The position numbers and the translations under genes were made by a program. The notes beneath the pieces were generated by a model. That model had not been told where the DNA came from, ran no database searches, and worked only from the letters and a program-made list of their open reading frames with translations. From contig JBGPFC010000057.1 of the NCBI GenBank assembly GCA_041483195.1, forward strand, positions 1-16,217: a stretch of 16,217 nt of DNA. The letters run 5' to 3'. The DNA is from Candidatus Eiseniibacteriota bacterium (GTDB lineage Bacteria > Eisenbacteria > RBG-16-71-46). Positions within the stretch are counted from its first letter, which is position 1. Every line of letters starts with the position of its first letter. Below, piece by piece: positions 14,955-16,217 of the stretch.

Positions 14955-14987
14955 GGCGGCCGCCTCCGATTCAGGGAGGCGGCCGCC
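14955..14987. terminator. Bidirectional terminator-like hairpin between convergent genes
   Basis: 13-bp perfect stem GGCGGCCGCCTCC / GGAGGCGGCCGCC with a 7-nt loop GATTCAG. No U-tract. Confidence 0.6.
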
Positions 14988-15017
14988 TCGCGTCTGGCGC
15001 GCGCATTTCCGCGCGGG

Positions 15018-16082
15018 TCACGCCGCGCGCGTGGGGAATCCGCCGGCCAGCGCCTCGCATGCCATGTCGCGCGCGTACGGATCGGGCGCTCGCGCCCCGA
15101 CCTCGGTGAGGGCGCGATGGCCGGGCTCCCCCAGCTCGAGCAGCGCGTACGCCGCGTGGCGGCGCACCCACCACGCGAGATCGCTGAGCCGCGCGACCAG
15201 CGGCGCGACCGCCTCGGGCGTGCCGATGCGGCCCAGCGCCCACGCGGCCTGTGCGCGCACCGGCCACTCGGGATCGTCGAGCGCGAGCATGAGCGGCACG
15301 CTCGCCTGATCCGACTTGAGCCGTCCGAGCGCGCGCGCGGACGCCACGCGCACGTCGAGCTCGCTCGACTGCAGCCGGGCCGCGATCGCTGCGCCCGCCG
15401 CCTGGAAGCAGCCGAGGCCCAGCGCTTCGATCATCGCGCGCTCGAGCCGCGGGTTGGTGGTGCCGCGCTCGAGCGCCGCTGCGATATCGGGGAGTGTGCG
15501 CGGCCCGAAGCTTCGCAGCAGCGCCACGGTCGCGCGCGGGGTGCGATGCGAGAGGCCCGGTCCATGCGCGAGCACCCAGCGCAGCGCCGCGCGATCGCGA
15601 TGCTGCGCGAGCGCCGCGGCCGCGGCGAGGGTGACCAGCTCGGGGCCGCCCACCAGCGCACGGCGCAGCGCCCGCCGCGACGGAGGCGATGGCAGCAGCG
15701 CGAGGCGCCTCGCCGCCAGCTCGCGGCGCCACGGGGAGTCGTCGCGCAACGCGCGGCGCTCGGCGACGACGTAAGGATTGCGTTCGAGCAGCTCCCCGGC
15801 CCGGCGCCGCACGCGCACCGGTGCGATCGAGAGCGTCTCGACCGCCGCCCACAACACCTCGGCATCGGCGACGCGCGCGGTGTGCCTCAGCGTCGCGGCG
15901 GATGCGGTGGACGCGTGGGGTTCGCGCAGCAGCGATTCCAGCCGCTGCCGGTCGTGCGCGGCATGCCGCCGCGCGCGGCGTCGCGCGTGGCGCGCGGTGA
16001 GCAGCGCGAGCGTGCTGACGCTCAACATCACCGCGAACATGGCAAGCGCGGCAGGCCAAAGCCCAGCCAGAGAGGTTGGCAT
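15018..16082 (-). CDS. Membrane-anchored HEAT-repeat protein (about 354 aa; the ORF could extend to 16127)
   Basis: N-terminal TM helix (LWPAALAMFAVMLSVSTLALL), then HEAT/PBS-lyase-like repeats: DVRVASARALGRL, L.DPEWPVRAQAAWALGRIG, LSDLAWWVRRHAAYAL, DPYARDMA.EAL. A GATACT -10-like hexamer 8 nt before ATG 16082 supports the shorter start. Confidence 0.85.
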   Translation of the reverse strand: MPTSLAGLWPAALAMFAVMLSVSTLALLTARHARRRARRHAAHDRQRLESLLREPHASTASAATLRHTARVADAEVLWAAVETLSIAPVRVRRRAGELLERNPYVVAERRALRDDSPWRRELAARRLALLPSPPSRRALRRALVGGPELVTLAAAAALAQHRDRAALRWVLAHGPGLSHRTPRATVALLRSFGPRTLPDIAAALERGTTNPRLERAMIEALGLGCFQAAGAAIAARLQSSELDVRVASARALGRLKSDQASVPLMLALDDPEWPVRAQAAWALGRIGTPEAVAPLVARLSDLAWWVRRHAAYALLELGEPGHRALTEVGARAPDPYARDMACEALAGGFPTRAA

Positions 16083-16133
16083 ACCGTGAGAGTATCGGCT
16101 GCCTCGGGCCGGCTCATGAGGGCGCATGCGTGC

Positions 16134-16217
16134 GGCGGGGCGGGGCGGTCGAGGGCCATCGAGGTCTCCTAGAGGTAAACCGTCGACCTGGATGGCCCTC
16201 GACCGCCCCGCCCCGCC
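16134..16217. repeat. Long inverted repeat running to the window end
   Basis: 16134-16160 is the exact reverse complement of 16191-16217 (27 bp). One G/G mismatch follows, then AGGTC/GACCT (5 bp) and an 18-nt loop (16167-16184). Confidence 0.9.

Noticed and set aside
1..16217. CRISPR array, tRNA/rRNA genes, prophage or defence genes
   Set aside because: By eye, no regularly spaced repeats with unique spacers, no cloverleaf or rRNA signatures, and no such protein motifs. The abundant CGCGCG and GCGATCGC words reflect base composition and codon usage.

Overview
Very GC-rich bacterial window. The protein style, especially a secreted protein with a T9SS/FlgD-like C-terminal domain, suggests an FCB-related lineage such as Ca. 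Eisenbacteria (inference only). From left to right: the 3' end of a probable IS1-like transposase with a candidate terminal repeat; a DUF2330 gene paired with a stand-alone RnfD/NqrB-like gene; a glycogen-debranching-enzyme homologue with eroded catalytic motifs; chrA; a divergent polysaccharide deacetylase with eroded motifs; an unannotated exported Cys/His/Met-rich protein followed by a HisKA/OmpR two-component system; a dihaem cytochrome c; rsmA; a secreted repeat (probable 8-blade beta-propeller) protein; a membrane-anchored HEAT-repeat protein; and a long near-perfect inverted repeat at the window end. Several sigma70-like promoters can be read directly, some implying leaderless or near-leaderless mRNAs. 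No CRISPR array, tRNA or rRNA was seen. The best candidates for undescribed systems are (i) the Cys-rich exported protein with its 11-bp-phased upstream repeats and adjacent two-component system, and (ii) the RnfD-like + DUF2330 pair. All family calls come from motif recognition by eye; no database search was run.
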